Shown: piece after piece, positions 47,871 through 61,454 of the stretch | Layout: every line of letters starts with the position of its first letter | Numbering within the stretch: the first letter of the stretch is position 1 | Assembly (NCBI RefSeq): GCF_036588685.1 | Contig: NC_086381.1 | Location: 53,320,001-53,384,000, forward strand | Reading direction: 5' to 3' | From: Mytilus trossulus | Lineage: Eukaryota | DNA length: 64,000 nucleotides | The notes under the pieces: model-generated | The model's database searches: none | Told to the model about the DNA's origin: nothing | What the model saw: only the letters and a program-made list of their open reading frames with translations | Program-made: the position numbers and the translations under genes

Positions 47871-49208
47871 AACTAAATTATAATCCTGGTACCTTTGATA
47901 ACTATTTATGTAACAAAGATCTCATATTTCGTCATTTTATTTTATGTTTAATATACAAAATATTGAATCAAGCGATTAATTGCTTCTCGTTATTCCTCTA
48001 ATATATATGTATCGATTAAACTATATATGAAATGGAATAAAAACATGGCCTATATAAAGCCCAACTTGGTACAGGCCAAATAGATTAGGTGAGCACGAAC
48101 CCTCAATTTTGTCACAATAACAAAACAAGCACATGTCAGATACTAACTTTAAACAGGATGACTTCTGAAAAGAACAAAGCGCATGATACGGAAAGCAGAG
48201 TATATGTTTTTTTTTTAACATACTACAAAAAGCTAGTACGGCATTTACAGCTCTTGAATTTCTCGCTACATTGAAGACCTGTTGGTGACCTTCTGCTGTT
48301 GTTTTTTTTATTTGGTCAGGTTGTTGTCTCTTTGACACATTCCCCATTTCCATTCTCAATTTTATTTACAGCTCTTGGTTGGACATTTCCTTGCAGGAAG
48401 AAATACAACTTACAGAATATGCATAGGGAATTATTTTCGAAGTATTGAAAAAAATGCGGGATCTGTAAATCTGTAAACATAACTTTATAACACAAACAGG
48501 AAAGTTGGTCGAAGGCAAAGAACCTCTGACATGTACAATGTATGACAGTCCCATAATATTCCATTATTTGACAACGATGTGTGAACAAAACAAACAGATG
48601 TTTCATTTAAAAATGTCAAAAGTAACAGCTGTCAACATGATGTTATAACAAATATGTCAACAAAGATAACCAAACAGGCATTTTGTAAAAAAGCACATTA
48701 GCAAATATGAAAGACAAGAATACACAAATTTACCCTAACACTATAACAAAATGCCAGGATATATAGGTACCGAGCCACGTCAAATGCATAGTACTCAAAA
48801 TAGACTACACAGTTAAAGTAATAATATGCAACGACAAAGACTTAATATATAGATTGACATCCTATATGGTGACCTTTATTTTTTGCACTTTGTTCTTTTG
48901 GTGTCTTAGTGGAAATCGTTCCACGTTTTCTAAAATGTATTTTATGAAAGTCAGGTTTATTTTAGTTACAACGATATAATTTAAGATAGCTTTGTCAATC
49001 TTCAAAATGAAAAAAAAAATCCATTTTTGATTCTCAAAAGTAGAAAATGTATCTTTCTTAAATAAATCAGACTCAACTCATTTGATAGTTTTGTCAGCTG
49101 TATATCTTTAATTACTTATCTTACTGTTATCATCCTGAAGCAAGTAACAATCTATCTCTTCGAGACAAAATCAAATTAGTTTAAACATACTTATTTATAG
49201 TGGATTGG

Positions 49209-49527
49209 GAAACAAGTTTTACAACTTATATTAATCCCTTTCCACTTTGCGGGTGCGAGTGCTGCCTTGTAGCGGCATTAGCCTACTCTTTTTCGAAATC
49301 TACAAGGGTGTCTTTAACGTGCAAGAGATATGGCTCTCTCTTAACATGGGTCAGCCATTTATCGTCCCCGTCCGACAGACTTTCATCGTTTCCTCAAGAC
49401 CATACTCTCAAATGGTGTCAAGGAAAAACCGAAAATTGAGTTCCTGAAATTTTCATCCCAAACGGGAATCGACTCAGGAAACTTGTGTTAGTAGTCCGAT
49501 GCCCTAACCACTACACCACGGCTCTCT
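49209..49527 (-). mobile_element. tRNA-derived SINE with a Deu/Nin-like central domain
   Basis: A box TGGTGTAGTGG, B-box-like GAGTCGATTCC; ACGTTAAAGACACCC..TTTCGAAAAAGAGTAGG segment; second copy at 55711. Confidence 0.7.
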
Positions 49528-50411
49528 GTTAAGATCGTAACTGAAAATATTCCAGTTTCATCGTCTTTACCAGTAAAAGAATGTTTGTTTTTTAATTAAA
49601 CTTGTTCAATTGGTTATACTCACATGCATCATATATTACATTCAACGTATTAATGTTTCTTCGTGCTTCATATAACCGATATTAGAACGGCTTTTAGTTG
49701 TTTAATTTGTTGTTCGACGTACACAATTCTCGTCTTTTATTGAGCATAGTTGTTTAGTTGTCTTGTTTTGTTGCTGCCTCTTCATTGCTTCTTGTCATAT
49801 AGGTTTATACGTTACATTGCTAGTTTGATTAGAACTTTATATAAGCTTTGAAGCATCTTTCATTTTTGTATGTAAGAGTCAAAATTTTCAGATGTTATAA
49901 TTCATTTTAGGTGTTACTGTATTTTCATTTTGCTCGTCGTGTTTTGCAGATCTTCAGATGCTTTAGTTTTAGATGTTGAGTGTTCATCAACATTTAAAAC
50001 AGCTTTAGTTCTAAATGTTGTAGCATTATCAGAATTGGTTCAATGGTAAAGATTTCAACTGTTTTTTTTCTCTATTTCTATATAATGTCTATCTGCATAC
50101 GTCATTATTACATGTTTTAAGATATAATAAAATATGTGTGCGTTATATAATAAGTCCGCAGTGCTCTTACTGTAGGATCATTAAGATTGTTTTATACTAT
50201 CAATATTATGTCAAACCTATGCATTTATAGTGATATGTGATATAAAGACAGGACAATATTGCAGATCAATAATAGTAGTAAACCATTGGTATGGCTCATC
50301 AGCGTAGTTCCCACTATTGGCTGAATCAAAGTATGATGTTTTTACTCATTTGTGTTACTGATTGTATAGTACTTCTTTGATAATGAACTTATCTTAACAA
50401 TCATGATCATT

Positions 50412-50654
50412 AGGCCAAAATGAAAAATAGGTTTGTTTGCCCAAACGCTACCTACCCAGAAAAAAGCTGCCTACTCAAATTCTTTTATTGTCCTGATTTG
50501 AAGAAGTTTTTTTTTAATCAAATAGGCATGAAGACTTACTAACATCTGATACTTCAATTTCTATTTTAGAAAAAAAAAAATGCCTACCTACCTACCCACT
50601 GTCTCAACCTTTGGGTAGGGTTTGGGCAAACCAAAATATTTTTAAGTGTGGCCA
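50412..50654. mobile_element. Small TIR element (MITE)
   Basis: GGCCA...TTTGCCCAAAC.CTACC / GGTAGGGTTTGGGCAAA...TGGCC inverted ends. Confidence 0.6.
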
Positions 50655-52273
50655 AGCTGTACCATGGCTGTTCCAAATGTTGACTTGAGTCCGTATTTCA
50701 GTGGTTGTTGTTTGTTTACATTAGTTTTTCGTATATTTGTACATAAGTTAGGCCGTAATTTTTTTCTCATTTGAATTGTTTTACATTTATTATTTTTTTG
50801 GTCCTTTTATAGATGACTACGCGGTATGGGCTTTTCTCATTGTTGAATGCTGTACGTAGACCCATAGTCTCTTGTGGAGAGTTGTCTCATGGGCAATAAT
50901 GCCACATCTTCTTTCTATAAATTAACTTAAAGACATCCATGATTGATACCATTAATAAGTATTTTTTTTATTTATGTTCGCAGTACTCCCATTGACAAAA
51001 CAATGTTGATGAGGTTGTTTAATGTCAAGAAAAGGAAGTTTTAATTCTATATCGATCATCTTTAACCCGCCTTCCAATTTGTTGTTCATGTTGTTGTTCG
51101 GTAAACGTTATCGCCTCCCCCCCCAAAAAAAAAAAATCTGTTAGAAATTAAAGACTAAGAGTTTTAAATATTGTATTAGTTCTTTTGGTTTGTACATGTT
51201 TGATGCAATATAAGTTAAATTTGGAAGAATTAATGATTTTAATCCTATTATTTTACCTATTCATGATAAGTTTTTTTTTCATTCAGTTTGAAATTATTTG
51301 TTCATATTTTTTTTAACCAATCTACCAGTTTTCATTTTTTGAGTCTTGGCTGTTATAACCAAAGTAAAAGCCAAGACTTTTAATGTTATCTGTTTTCCAA
51401 TTTGTCTCTACTATGTGTAAGTTTCCTCAACCAAAATAATTCTGTTTAATTGTAATTCTGAGAGGCTACCAAAGGTTTTAATTATATTCATTGCTAAACT
51501 AACATCTTTTGGTGATTTAAGAGTTGCATCATCTGCATGTTAGCATATTTGTAGTGAGCAGTCTTTACCACTTAATTTCACCTCTAAACATTTTAGGTTA
51601 TCATTTAGTCTTAATTTAATTTCCATAATGTCAACTACCAAAACCAAGACTATAGGTTGCACTTTGTAAATACAGCTGTTTCTGAAAACCCTCCTCTTTT
51701 GGGGAGAAATTGAATATTCACAGAAAATTAATTGTGTTTACATACTGTTTCCCAGTTATGCTCTCTGTGTTCCATATCGCAGAGACAGAACTTGGGATTG
51801 TTACCAGTAAATAAACACGTGCATATTGTTTACATTGAAATCTGTGGTAACCTTTCATTCGAGGTAGCGGTAGTTAAGAAAATTAGTGTAAGTTCAGGGC
51901 ATATAAACGTTGAAAATATACCGCACAGTCCTATATTTTGACCTTTGAAAAAATTGTGGTGCAAATGAACTTTCAATTCTAGGATAAGACTTTTTTCAAA
52001 ACTTCATAGTAAAAGTAGTACAGTTTTAGCCGTAAAAGGAGTTCCTATGGGAAATTGCATTGTCAATATTTACAAAAATGCAACCTTAAGAAGAAATTTA
52101 ACAATTTTGTCGAATTCTGTGAAACATATTAAAACTGCTGGACATCCAACCATTGTTGAGTATACATCCTTTAAATGTATGAGTACATTGGTTGATTCCG
52201 TCTGATAAAACATCGTCAAAAACCAAATTTTCTTAGATATCTGACATAAAGTGAGTATTGTTCCATTAAAAAA

Positions 52274-54358
52274 TTAATCACATAAGGACTTCAGATATTC
52301 TTCAAAAATAATCAAAGGATCTTGAATAGATGTTTGACAATAATTGTTCATGGCTTTCGTTCCCATTTCATATTGTCTACGTATTTTTTGTAGCTTTTTC
52401 ACATAGCTAAATTGCCTTGAATAATCTGATACTAAAGCTTTTTTGTGGTAATTTTCTGCTTCCACCAAATCACCAATAAGATGGTATGCAATACCAAGAA
52501 GGGTGTAACATTCTGCTTTCATAACATGAGTACCAATATAGTTATTGGTTTCAATTAATGTTTTTAGATCACTTAATGACTGTGAACATTTTTGAGTCTG
52601 CTCTAACTTTAGTAAACACATAAAACGTATAAAAAATGTGTACACAATCGGAGGTTTCTGAATATATCTCTTGTATTCTACTTCTGGTTTCATTTCATCA
52701 GGAATTAAAAACGAGCCACGATAAAAATCGTTCGGCTCCATTGAATTAGCTATGTGTATATCGCTCAAGTCAATAGTATGACATCCCCTTGGTAAATAGT
52801 CGACGGTAAACTTATCCTCACTGTAATACAGTTTCTCTTGTTTCGCTTCCTTTATCTTGTATAATACGTAGTCAGTGATTTTAAGTGAAACTGAATATCT
52901 ACCTATGCAATAATAGAATGTAGCTAAAACGTTCCAGCCTGATACGGCATCGCTTCGTACTCCTAGGATAACAAATGGTAATATCTCTTTCAGTTTTTGA
53001 TAATGTAGTTTATTACCACCACCAGTCACATCGTCAGAGGTAAAACGGGTACCAACGCCGCGACATATCGTACTGAATAAACTCTTGAATATAAACCGGT
53101 CGGGTTTTTGTTTGAGTAGCTCAAAACTATTAACCAATACCTGCATGGGCGTAAGTATGTATGTCAGGATAGCCTGACCATCTAAAAGCATAATTCTTAC
53201 TTCATTAAGACTGGAAATATTGGCGGAACATTTGGCACAGTCAACCATGTCAGTTTCACGTAATGCAGGCAAAATGTTTTGGGATACACTTACATATAGA
53301 GGCACAAGGAAGAAGACAGACATAAAACTTGACGAAGCAAAACATGCAGGGTATTTTTTATACAACCGAACTATTGTTGTTTTCAAATTCATCCACTCAG
53401 GTAAAGTGATTCTATGTTCAAGCATATTCCTTTCTGTTATGAAATAATGCGGCAAGATATCATATTTAACATAGTATTCCAGTCGTTTAAGGCATTCTAG
53501 AAAGCAATTCATAAAGTTATGCGGTGCCCATTCTGTGACCCCAATTTCTTCTGAAATCCAGAAAACAACGGTCTTTAAAAAATAAGAACATAGAAGCTCT
53601 TTGAATTGGCAATTGTTTTCAATTAAGTCTTTCAATGTTATTTTTAAAAGAGCATAAACCATAAGTTGGGTATGGGTAAAAGAAAACACAAGAAGTACTT
53701 CAGCGACCGTAAATGCGGCTCGCCATTCTATATCTTCATTTGGCGACAGCTTGTAGCCTATTGGGACAAACCAGACCCCACTATCAATAATTATCTTTTT
53801 TATTACTTCTGTTGGCCAATGTCGTTTTCTTCCTATCCATTCCTGTGCTTGTTTAATGAATGATTTGCACTTTATCCCCACAGTAAAGTCTTGTGTTTCA
53901 TTACTTGTAGACATACACGGCCCATGTAGATTAGTAATGTTACATGCACTATAATCTTTGTTAACATAAAGTAACTCCTGCATCATTGTACTACTAGAAA
54001 GAAAGAATTTATGTTTGATTTTCTTTAACCAAGCATCTGAATATGTGAAACTACTACACAGCTCTAACTGTGCAAAGCCTGGTCTGGTATCAGAAGACCT
54101 CATTACAAATGTGTTAGAACCATCTTTATTGTTAGGTTGTTCAACAATGTGCATATCTTTAATCAAGACAATTGTATCTGTGTCACTGCCTTTCATGCGA
54201 AGACCTTCTCCTTTACTTCCACAAATGAACGGTGCGTGTGTTTTCGTTTTGCTCAAATAATTGTGTGTTATATAATACGTTCGTCTTGTTCTCACTGTAT
54301 CGTCGGATCCAAGCTTGTCACTTAGGAAATTATATAATCGCAATGAAAGGTTTTCCAT
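52274..54358 (-). CDS. Mab-21/cGAS-like receptor (cGLR) paralog (694 aa from ATG 54358)
   Basis: GSKGEGL...GSDTD; colinear with the 37131 protein; splice acceptor at 54376-54377 places the start at MENLSL. Confidence 0.9.
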   Translation of the reverse strand: MENLSLRLYNFLSDKLGSDDTVRTRRTYYITHNYLSKTKTHAPFICGSKGEGLRMKGSDTDTIVLIKDMHIVEQPNNKDGSNTFVMRSSDTRPGFAQLELCSSFTYSDAWLKKIKHKFFLSSSTMMQELLYVNKDYSACNITNLHGPCMSTSNETQDFTVGIKCKSFIKQAQEWIGRKRHWPTEVIKKIIIDSGVWFVPIGYKLSPNEDIEWRAAFTVAEVLLVFSFTHTQLMVYALLKITLKDLIENNCQFKELLCSYFLKTVVFWISEEIGVTEWAPHNFMNCFLECLKRLEYYVKYDILPHYFITERNMLEHRITLPEWMNLKTTIVRLYKKYPACFASSSFMSVFFLVPLYVSVSQNILPALRETDMVDCAKCSANISSLNEVRIMLLDGQAILTYILTPMQVLVNSFELLKQKPDRFIFKSLFSTICRGVGTRFTSDDVTGGGNKLHYQKLKEILPFVILGVRSDAVSGWNVLATFYYCIGRYSVSLKITDYVLYKIKEAKQEKLYYSEDKFTVDYLPRGCHTIDLSDIHIANSMEPNDFYRGSFLIPDEMKPEVEYKRYIQKPPIVYTFFIRFMCLLKLEQTQKCSQSLSDLKTLIETNNYIGTHVMKAECYTLLGIAYHLIGDLVEAENYHKKALVSDYSRQFSYVKKLQKIRRQYEMGTKAMNNYCQTSIQDPLIIFEEYLKSLCD

Positions 54359-55710
54359 ATTTACGGATAATGTGCCTAAAAATGAAATGAATCTAAGGTT
54401 AGATAAATATTCCATAAAATTATCATGGAAACACACATAATTTGACCTATAATGGTTTACGTTTACATATTGTGACTTGGATTGAGAGTTGTATCATTGA
54501 CACTCGCACCACACATTCTTATATCTATATAATAATTGTGATCAGTGTGGGGAAAAGGTCGTTTTACGTCTGATGAGCATTATTCTTAAAAAAAAACAGT
54601 GTAAAAAAGTGTCTCTACGTGCGACTTTAGAAATGTAAAAAAAAAAAAACAGGAGCAAAAATCATTTAAGTGTTGTCTAAATCAATTCTTTCAAATAAAA
54701 TACCTTTATTGTGTATTGGTGTAAATTTACCATTTGATATTATGACTTTCACGTTTTGCTAATTTTTCTATGTATTAGAGTATCATTGACTAAGCTAAAC
54801 AGTATTATAGAAAGCCTATATAAGAAAAGATCATGTTTGCTAAATGATTTAAATTATTGAATTTTACATATTCTTATATAAATATTCATATTCAAATCGA
54901 AAAAAGAATTGGTCACCAATTGTTTTTTTTTAGTAGAAACCAATACATTCTTAAAATTGTTTTGCAATTACAGATTACCGACATTGCAACAACAGAATTG
55001 TTAGAACGGGACCTATATGTTTAAAAAAATATTGTCTAGCTTGAATGCAATGGACGACGACATATCTTATTTCAAAGAAACTTACCAACAGTGGAAGGGC
55101 TGTATAGCCAGTCAAGGTCGTTAAAAACTTCCATTTGTTGAACAGTTATGAACAGAGCTGGTTTTAGTTTAGATAGTAAACTTCAAACAGTGAAAAATTA
55201 CGTATCAAACATAACGGGAAAACAAAATGCCTAAAGTTTCGATACCCTTGGTATCTTTCGTCCCTCTTTTCGAAAACCTAATTGGGACTTAAGAAGAAAG
55301 CAGGGATAACATGATACCTGAGTATATTTCACAAAATGACAATTTCTATATCTCATTTCTTTTAAATTTAACATGCACAAAATACAGTATTTTTTTTGTT
55401 CTCAAATATCATGGAGCAACGCTATAAATGGTATCCATATAACTTGAATATGTCACATACACGCATATTGTCGAGAGAAATAATATTTCATTAAGACCTT
55501 TAACTAATGAAAACGCAGGACAAAATGTTTCATCCTAGTCCCTCCCCTCCCCCTTCCCATAAAATCAAATGGTAGCTTCCTTATGATTGAGTTCAGCCTT
55601 TCCTTTTTAAAAATGTTACAGTTTATGAAATATTCAGAATTGTGATCTTTCAAAGTTCTGCATAATTGCTGTTTCTAGTCTATCAAAGTTTTACATCGCT
55701 ACTGAAAAAA

Positions 55711-56300
55711 GAGCCGTGGTGTAGTGGTTAGTGCATCGGACTACTAACACAAAGGTTCCAATTTCGATTGCCGTTACGGGGTGAAAATTTCAGGGACTGA
55801 ATTTTCGGCTCTCCCTTGACACCATTTGCGAGTGTGGTCTTAAGGAAACGATGATAGCCCGTCGGAAGTGGACGACAAATGGCTGACCTGTTTAGAGAGC
55901 CATATCTCTTGCGCGTAAATAAACTCATCATAGATACCAGGACTAAATTTAGTATATACGCCAAACTCGCGTTTCGTCTATAAAAGACTCATCAGGGACA
56001 CTCGAATCCAAAAAAGTTTAAAATTCCAAATAAATTACGAAGTTGAAGAGCATTGAGAACCAAAATTCCTAAAAGTTTTGCCAAATACAGCTAAGGTAAT
56101 CTATGTCTGAGGTAGAAAAGCCTTAGCATTTCAAAAAATTAATAATTTGTAAACAGTAAATTTATAAATATAACCATATCAAGGTAAAAGACATCCTTGT
56201 AGATTTCAGAAAAGAGCAGGCTAATGTCGCTACAAGGCAGCACTCGCACCAGCAAAGTGGAAAGGGATTAATATCAGTTCCATTAGCTTGTTTCCTACTC
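55711..56300 (+). mobile_element. tRNA-derived SINE interrupted by a retrozyme copy (55920-56183, minus strand)
   Basis: Both halves match 49209-49527; GTAAA at 55915 and 56184 flanks the insert. Confidence 0.75.
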
Positions 56301-58053
56301 CACTATAAATAAATATGTTAAAACTTTAAATTGAACTACTGAAATTATAGCTTCATTGTCAGCGTATTTGTTGAAATGATTGACGTAAGCTAAAACTCAC
56401 TATAACAATAAATCAGGCTTGCCATGCATCTTGAAGTTGTTTGTTTGTTCTGAACTACTGATATGTTAGTCACAGTTATGATTTATCAATATTTTACAAG
56501 AAAAAGGAAATGTACAAAATATTTTTAAGGTCAAATATGCACCTACATTTATGTCAGCTTGTAGTATTTTCAATAAATGAAACACCACGAGATTTTGAAA
56601 TAGTACTGTATTCCTACTGTATTCATAAATGTAAAAGCAGCACACTTGCACATATAATACATTTAAACATATATCATCATGGTGCTAAAAGGCCGTACAG
56701 AGAACCAAGTAAAATTATTTATACAGATGTAGATTATAGATACAAAGCTGTGTATCCATTTGATTGGTGTGTTTGAGCTTTTGGTTTTGCTATTAGCGTA
56801 GGGAAAAAGTAAAATCACATAAATACTGAACGCCGAGGAAAAACTCAAAATCAAAAGCTCAAAGGCATCAAACGAATAACCAAAACTGTCATATTCCTGA
56901 CTTGGTTCATTCCGTTTAAAATTTTCCTCGGAACTCGGTATTTTTGATATTTCACTTTTACTGTAATTAAAAAAAAATATATAAGATACTTTTATATTTG
57001 CAGTCACTCTGCAGAATTAATCCCTTCACAAGTCATTAAAAAAATCGCTCATCTAACAACAATAGTCTATATCTACACTTGCTAAAAAATAAACAGATAA
57101 ATTAAATGTCTTCGAAAGAATGGTATCTGTAAATCTATTAAGATTCCACTAAAGTCATATTATAGGACACCACATAAACATCTAAAACTTTGCCTGTATT
57201 TTTTAACCTATAACGAAGAAAGTCCTAAACCATGGGAACATGTGTTCATTAAAACGCACTGTGTAAATTGTAAATAAACTTGAAATTATTATGTTGTTGC
57301 CAAACCAGTTATTAGGATGAACACTAAATTTTCAAAGAAAAAATCTGGAGGCCTGCTAGATCACTTAATTTGTTTAAAATTAAAAAACGCATTTTTGCAT
57401 TTTTTCTTCTTTCAAAAATTCAATCATACCAAGCATAATTTTGGGGAATATTCTAGTAAGAAAACCAATGCCGATACATTTAATTTCAGAAATTTAATTT
57501 GATGACAATACAAGCTATTACGAGGCATGAATAAAAGGCTTCAAAAAGTTGATTTCCTGGAAAGCCATTAAAATTGCATAGTGGATAGATTTTGATGGCT
57601 AATGTAAATGTTAAATGTTGTATCTGAAACATTTTTTTTCATTGGGTAAGGTAGGGATAGTTTTTGCTTCAATAGAAGTCGCATGACGTTTTTTTAATAT
57701 GCTTATGAATAATAAGTATTTTTTAATTACATGTAATCTGAAGATTCAATTAGTTAGTAATTTGACGATTTTTTTAATTTTCAAAGAAGGAAATTCATCT
57801 TTATACCTAAATATTAGAAGATATACCTAAGATTACCTAAGCTGTATTTGGCAAAACTTTTGGTCCTCAATGCTGTTATTTTTTTTTATTCGAGCCTGAA
57901 GGATGAGTCTTTAGTGTGTACCAAGTCAGGAAAATGGCCATTGTTATATTATATTTCGTTTCTGTGTGTGTGTTACATTTTAGTGTTGTGTTTCTGTTAT
58001 GCCGTAGTTCTCCTGTTATATTTGATGTTTTCCATTCAGTTTTAGTTTGTAAG

Positions 58054-58298
58054 CCGGATTTTTTTTCTCAATCAATTTATGAATTTCGAACAGCGGGATA
58101 CTACTGCTGCCGTTATTTAGTAGACAAACGTGTAACCCGGATTTTTTTTCTCTCAATCGATTTATGAATTTCGAACAGCGGGATACTACTGCTGCCGTTA
58201 TTTAGTAGACAAACGTGTAACCCGGATTTTTTTTTCTCTCAATCGATTTATGAATTTCGAACAGCGGGATTCTACTGCTGCCTTTATTTAGTAGACAA
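58054..58298. repeat. ~72-bp tandem repeat, three copies
   Basis: TTTATGAATTTCGAACAGCGGGATACTACTGCTGCC..TATTTAGTAGACAAA repeated. Confidence 0.85.
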
Positions 58299-59139
58299 AA
58301 TACGCGTCCGACGCAAAAATATAGAATTGCAATCTTAAATTTGTATCTATGATGACTGCCATGCCAGTGATAGGTTTAGCGCTATAAAACCAGGTTCAAT
58401 CCACCACTATCTACATTTGAAAATGCATGTACCAAGTCAGGAATATGACAGTTGTTGTCCATTTGTTTGATGTGTTTAATCATTTGATTTTGCCATTTGA
58501 TTTGGGACTTTCCGTTTTGAATTTTCTCGGAGTTTAGTATTTTTGTGATTTTACTTGTTATTTATACCAAGAATCGAACTTCAGTGATCTTATAATAGGG
58601 TTTTATCAGTTTATTTTACATTACTTCAGACACTTACCTTATTATTATCATCCAGACGCTTTCAAGTAACAATCAATATATCTAAAACAAAATTGCCGGG
58701 GCTTGTTGACTAATATGACACAGGAAAATATACTATTATCAATCAAACATGTTGATAATCCAGAGAGACACTCCCCTAATTCTATAATAAAATTGTTATA
58801 AATATTAAGTACACTTCAAGTACTTCTATAAAACCGGAAAAAAATAAAGTTTTAAGATAAGTGGAAACATTTTTATCAACCAATCAATGTCCTTAGAATT
58901 TGATCTATATCATCAAATGAACTTTTACAAAATGAAGCACAGTAAAGGATAACGATAAGAGTAATTGAAGTACGTTTACAAAAAAACATTAAGTCTTTTG
59001 AAGCCATTGTGACCAGGAGAAAATACGTCTTCATAATCAATTAATAGACCTATAAGTATATAAGAGAACTCTTGGTAGATTTGTTTGATTTTTGGTATTG
59101 TCCAAACTACATCGATATTTTCTAGAATTTTCTCACGTC

Positions 59140-59340
59140 TTTGAATTTCTGAAAAACTAATTACCTTAGCTGTATTTGGCAAAACCTTTAGGGATTTTGG
59201 TCCTCAATGCTCCTCCACTTCGTACTTTATTTGGCCTTTTAAACTTTTTTGAATTCGACATCACTGATGAGTCTTTTGTGACGAACGGTGTATCTGGCGT
59301 AAATGGAAAATATTGATCCTGGTATCTATGATGAGTTTAT
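59140..59340 (+). mobile_element. Degenerate retrozyme copy
   Basis: CACTGATGAGTCTTTTGTGACGAAC... with damaged stem III; further fragments at 46275-46338 and 57830-57910. Confidence 0.6.
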
Positions 59341-61454
59341 TTTCAAAAAGGAGTGCAAAAAATAGATAAGTTTAGATTAACAAATAAATGTCATTACATT
59401 TAGATGAAAGCTAATTTTGAGTTGACAATTTCAATAATAAAGATGTTACGACCTCGACTGTTTCTTACTGAATAGGACATATTAAAAGAAAATATATTTC
59501 ATCGGATGGTACAAAGCTGATACTTTCGGTTTTCAGATGTTATACCAATTTGTCTCCTCTATCAATTTCAAGGTCATGGCAGCTATTTCTAAATCTTACA
59601 AGTACACCCTGTATAACTCCGATACAGATGAAACCCGACGTTGACGCTTTCGAATCGAGCACACCTTGTAACACTTTAGTTTAGATAGTAAGGAACATAA
59701 AAAAACGCACGATGATATCGATGATAAAACGTGCTTGGTATTTTTAAATATTCGAAATTTAATGTTTCTCGTACCTCATAGTTTTTAAAACATTACCTAA
59801 AACTGTTGGATATATACTGACTAATACTTAAGATACATGATATACCTCTTAGTTGTAATTTGCTTTGCTTTGAAATAACTATCAGTTACTACAATTGCTC
59901 CTTTGACGATATTTTATGTATATGTTTTTTGTGCCTTGTACCGACATTTTAAGTTGAGCCAATTGCAACTGTACATCTTTCTTTTTATCATGATGTGCTG
60001 TTACACTAGTACTCCAGGTTAACGAGAGGGTTCGGGGCTCGATTCTGTAGTACATTGGTTACATAGATCTGTCATTTTTTTCTTCTTTACGACATAATTC
60101 ATAAGTTATAAATATATAACAGTTAGTTTTCTAGTTTTATTTTTTTCACATTTTATTTTATATCAAGGCCGTTTTAAGCCGACTATATGGTATAGGGTTT
60201 CATCATTGTTAAATGTTGTATATTTGACTATACTGATTGCTTTATACACCCACTTCATATTTAAACTTTGGTGGAAGGTTGTCTTACTGGCCATCACACC
60301 ACATCTACAAAGCTTTATATGTAACAAAAGAAATAGAAAAAATAAATCAGTTGGCATGCCATCTAAGGCATTCGGCAATCTAAGTTCAACGAGCTCCTAT
60401 ATCTGCTTTCGTCTAGGTGGATTTAGACCAACATCAGCATTTGAAATAGCCTCAAATTGTGAAAAGTAAGTCATTTTAAGTTTTATTGTCTACTATACTT
60501 CTTGAAAATTTCTTTCCTCTGGAATATATGTATTATCTGTTTATTTCATGTGGAATAACGTTGAAAGTCCTAATTTCAAATAGAAACATTCCTATCTGAT
60601 ATAGTCTGGTTAAACATTGCAATTTCGGCTTTGGATGACTGATATTTTAAGTTCAAATACTTCGACTAGGTTAACAGATAAACATTTCCAATAAAATACA
60701 GAAAAACGGTCGCTGACTTCATCTCGAATACCTTAAAAAGAAAGTGATTTGTGTCGGTTTTTGTTAACGAACTTTACCGTGATCATTTAAAAACGCACAA
60801 CGAACGCGACACATTTGGATGAACGAACAATACAGTTAGAGAAAATTTATTATGCATGATATTTCCTTTCCTCTTAGTTCTAGACAACATTTGTAGGCAC
60901 GTAGTAATTCAACGTATAGTTATTAATTATTGCTTAAAGTATTGATACGCAAAGGTGTATGCAAGAAAAGATATTCAGCATAAAACATATGAAATTGCAC
61001 CATGTCTGTGCGTTTTGCATCTAGAAGTTTTATCAAATGGCGTTTGCAATATCTAAAACTTACAACAATTGTATAATTGGATAAATAAACCAACATTCAC
61101 ATTGACATATTTATATATACTCATATAAGTTCTAGAGAGGCATTCGAAATTGTTGTCATCCTAAATCTTGTCTTGATTATCGCTTCGAACGCGTCAACGT
61201 CCGGATTCATTTGTATCGGGGTTATACGGGGTGGTTTAGATGGCTCTCAATAATGAAGACTTTAGTATGCACACTGAAAAAAAAATATTCTTCTGCATGT
61301 GTAGTAACTTTAACAATAACATAATTTACGAAAAAAATTTATTGTTTTCATTTTCTATTGTTTATTATCCATTTTAAGATAGTGGCTTTCACTTTTCGCC
61401 ATCCTTGGGTGTTTCAATTTGTTCTATTCACTCATGTAAGTAACAACACATTTG

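Noticed and set aside
54359-54436. 26-aa N-terminal extension of the cGLR ORF in the track
   Set aside because: Non-AUG start crossing a splice acceptor; paralog alignment starts at MENLSL
55711-55785. Functional tRNA gene
   Set aside because: Cloverleaf imperfect and followed by a SINE body shared with 49209-49527
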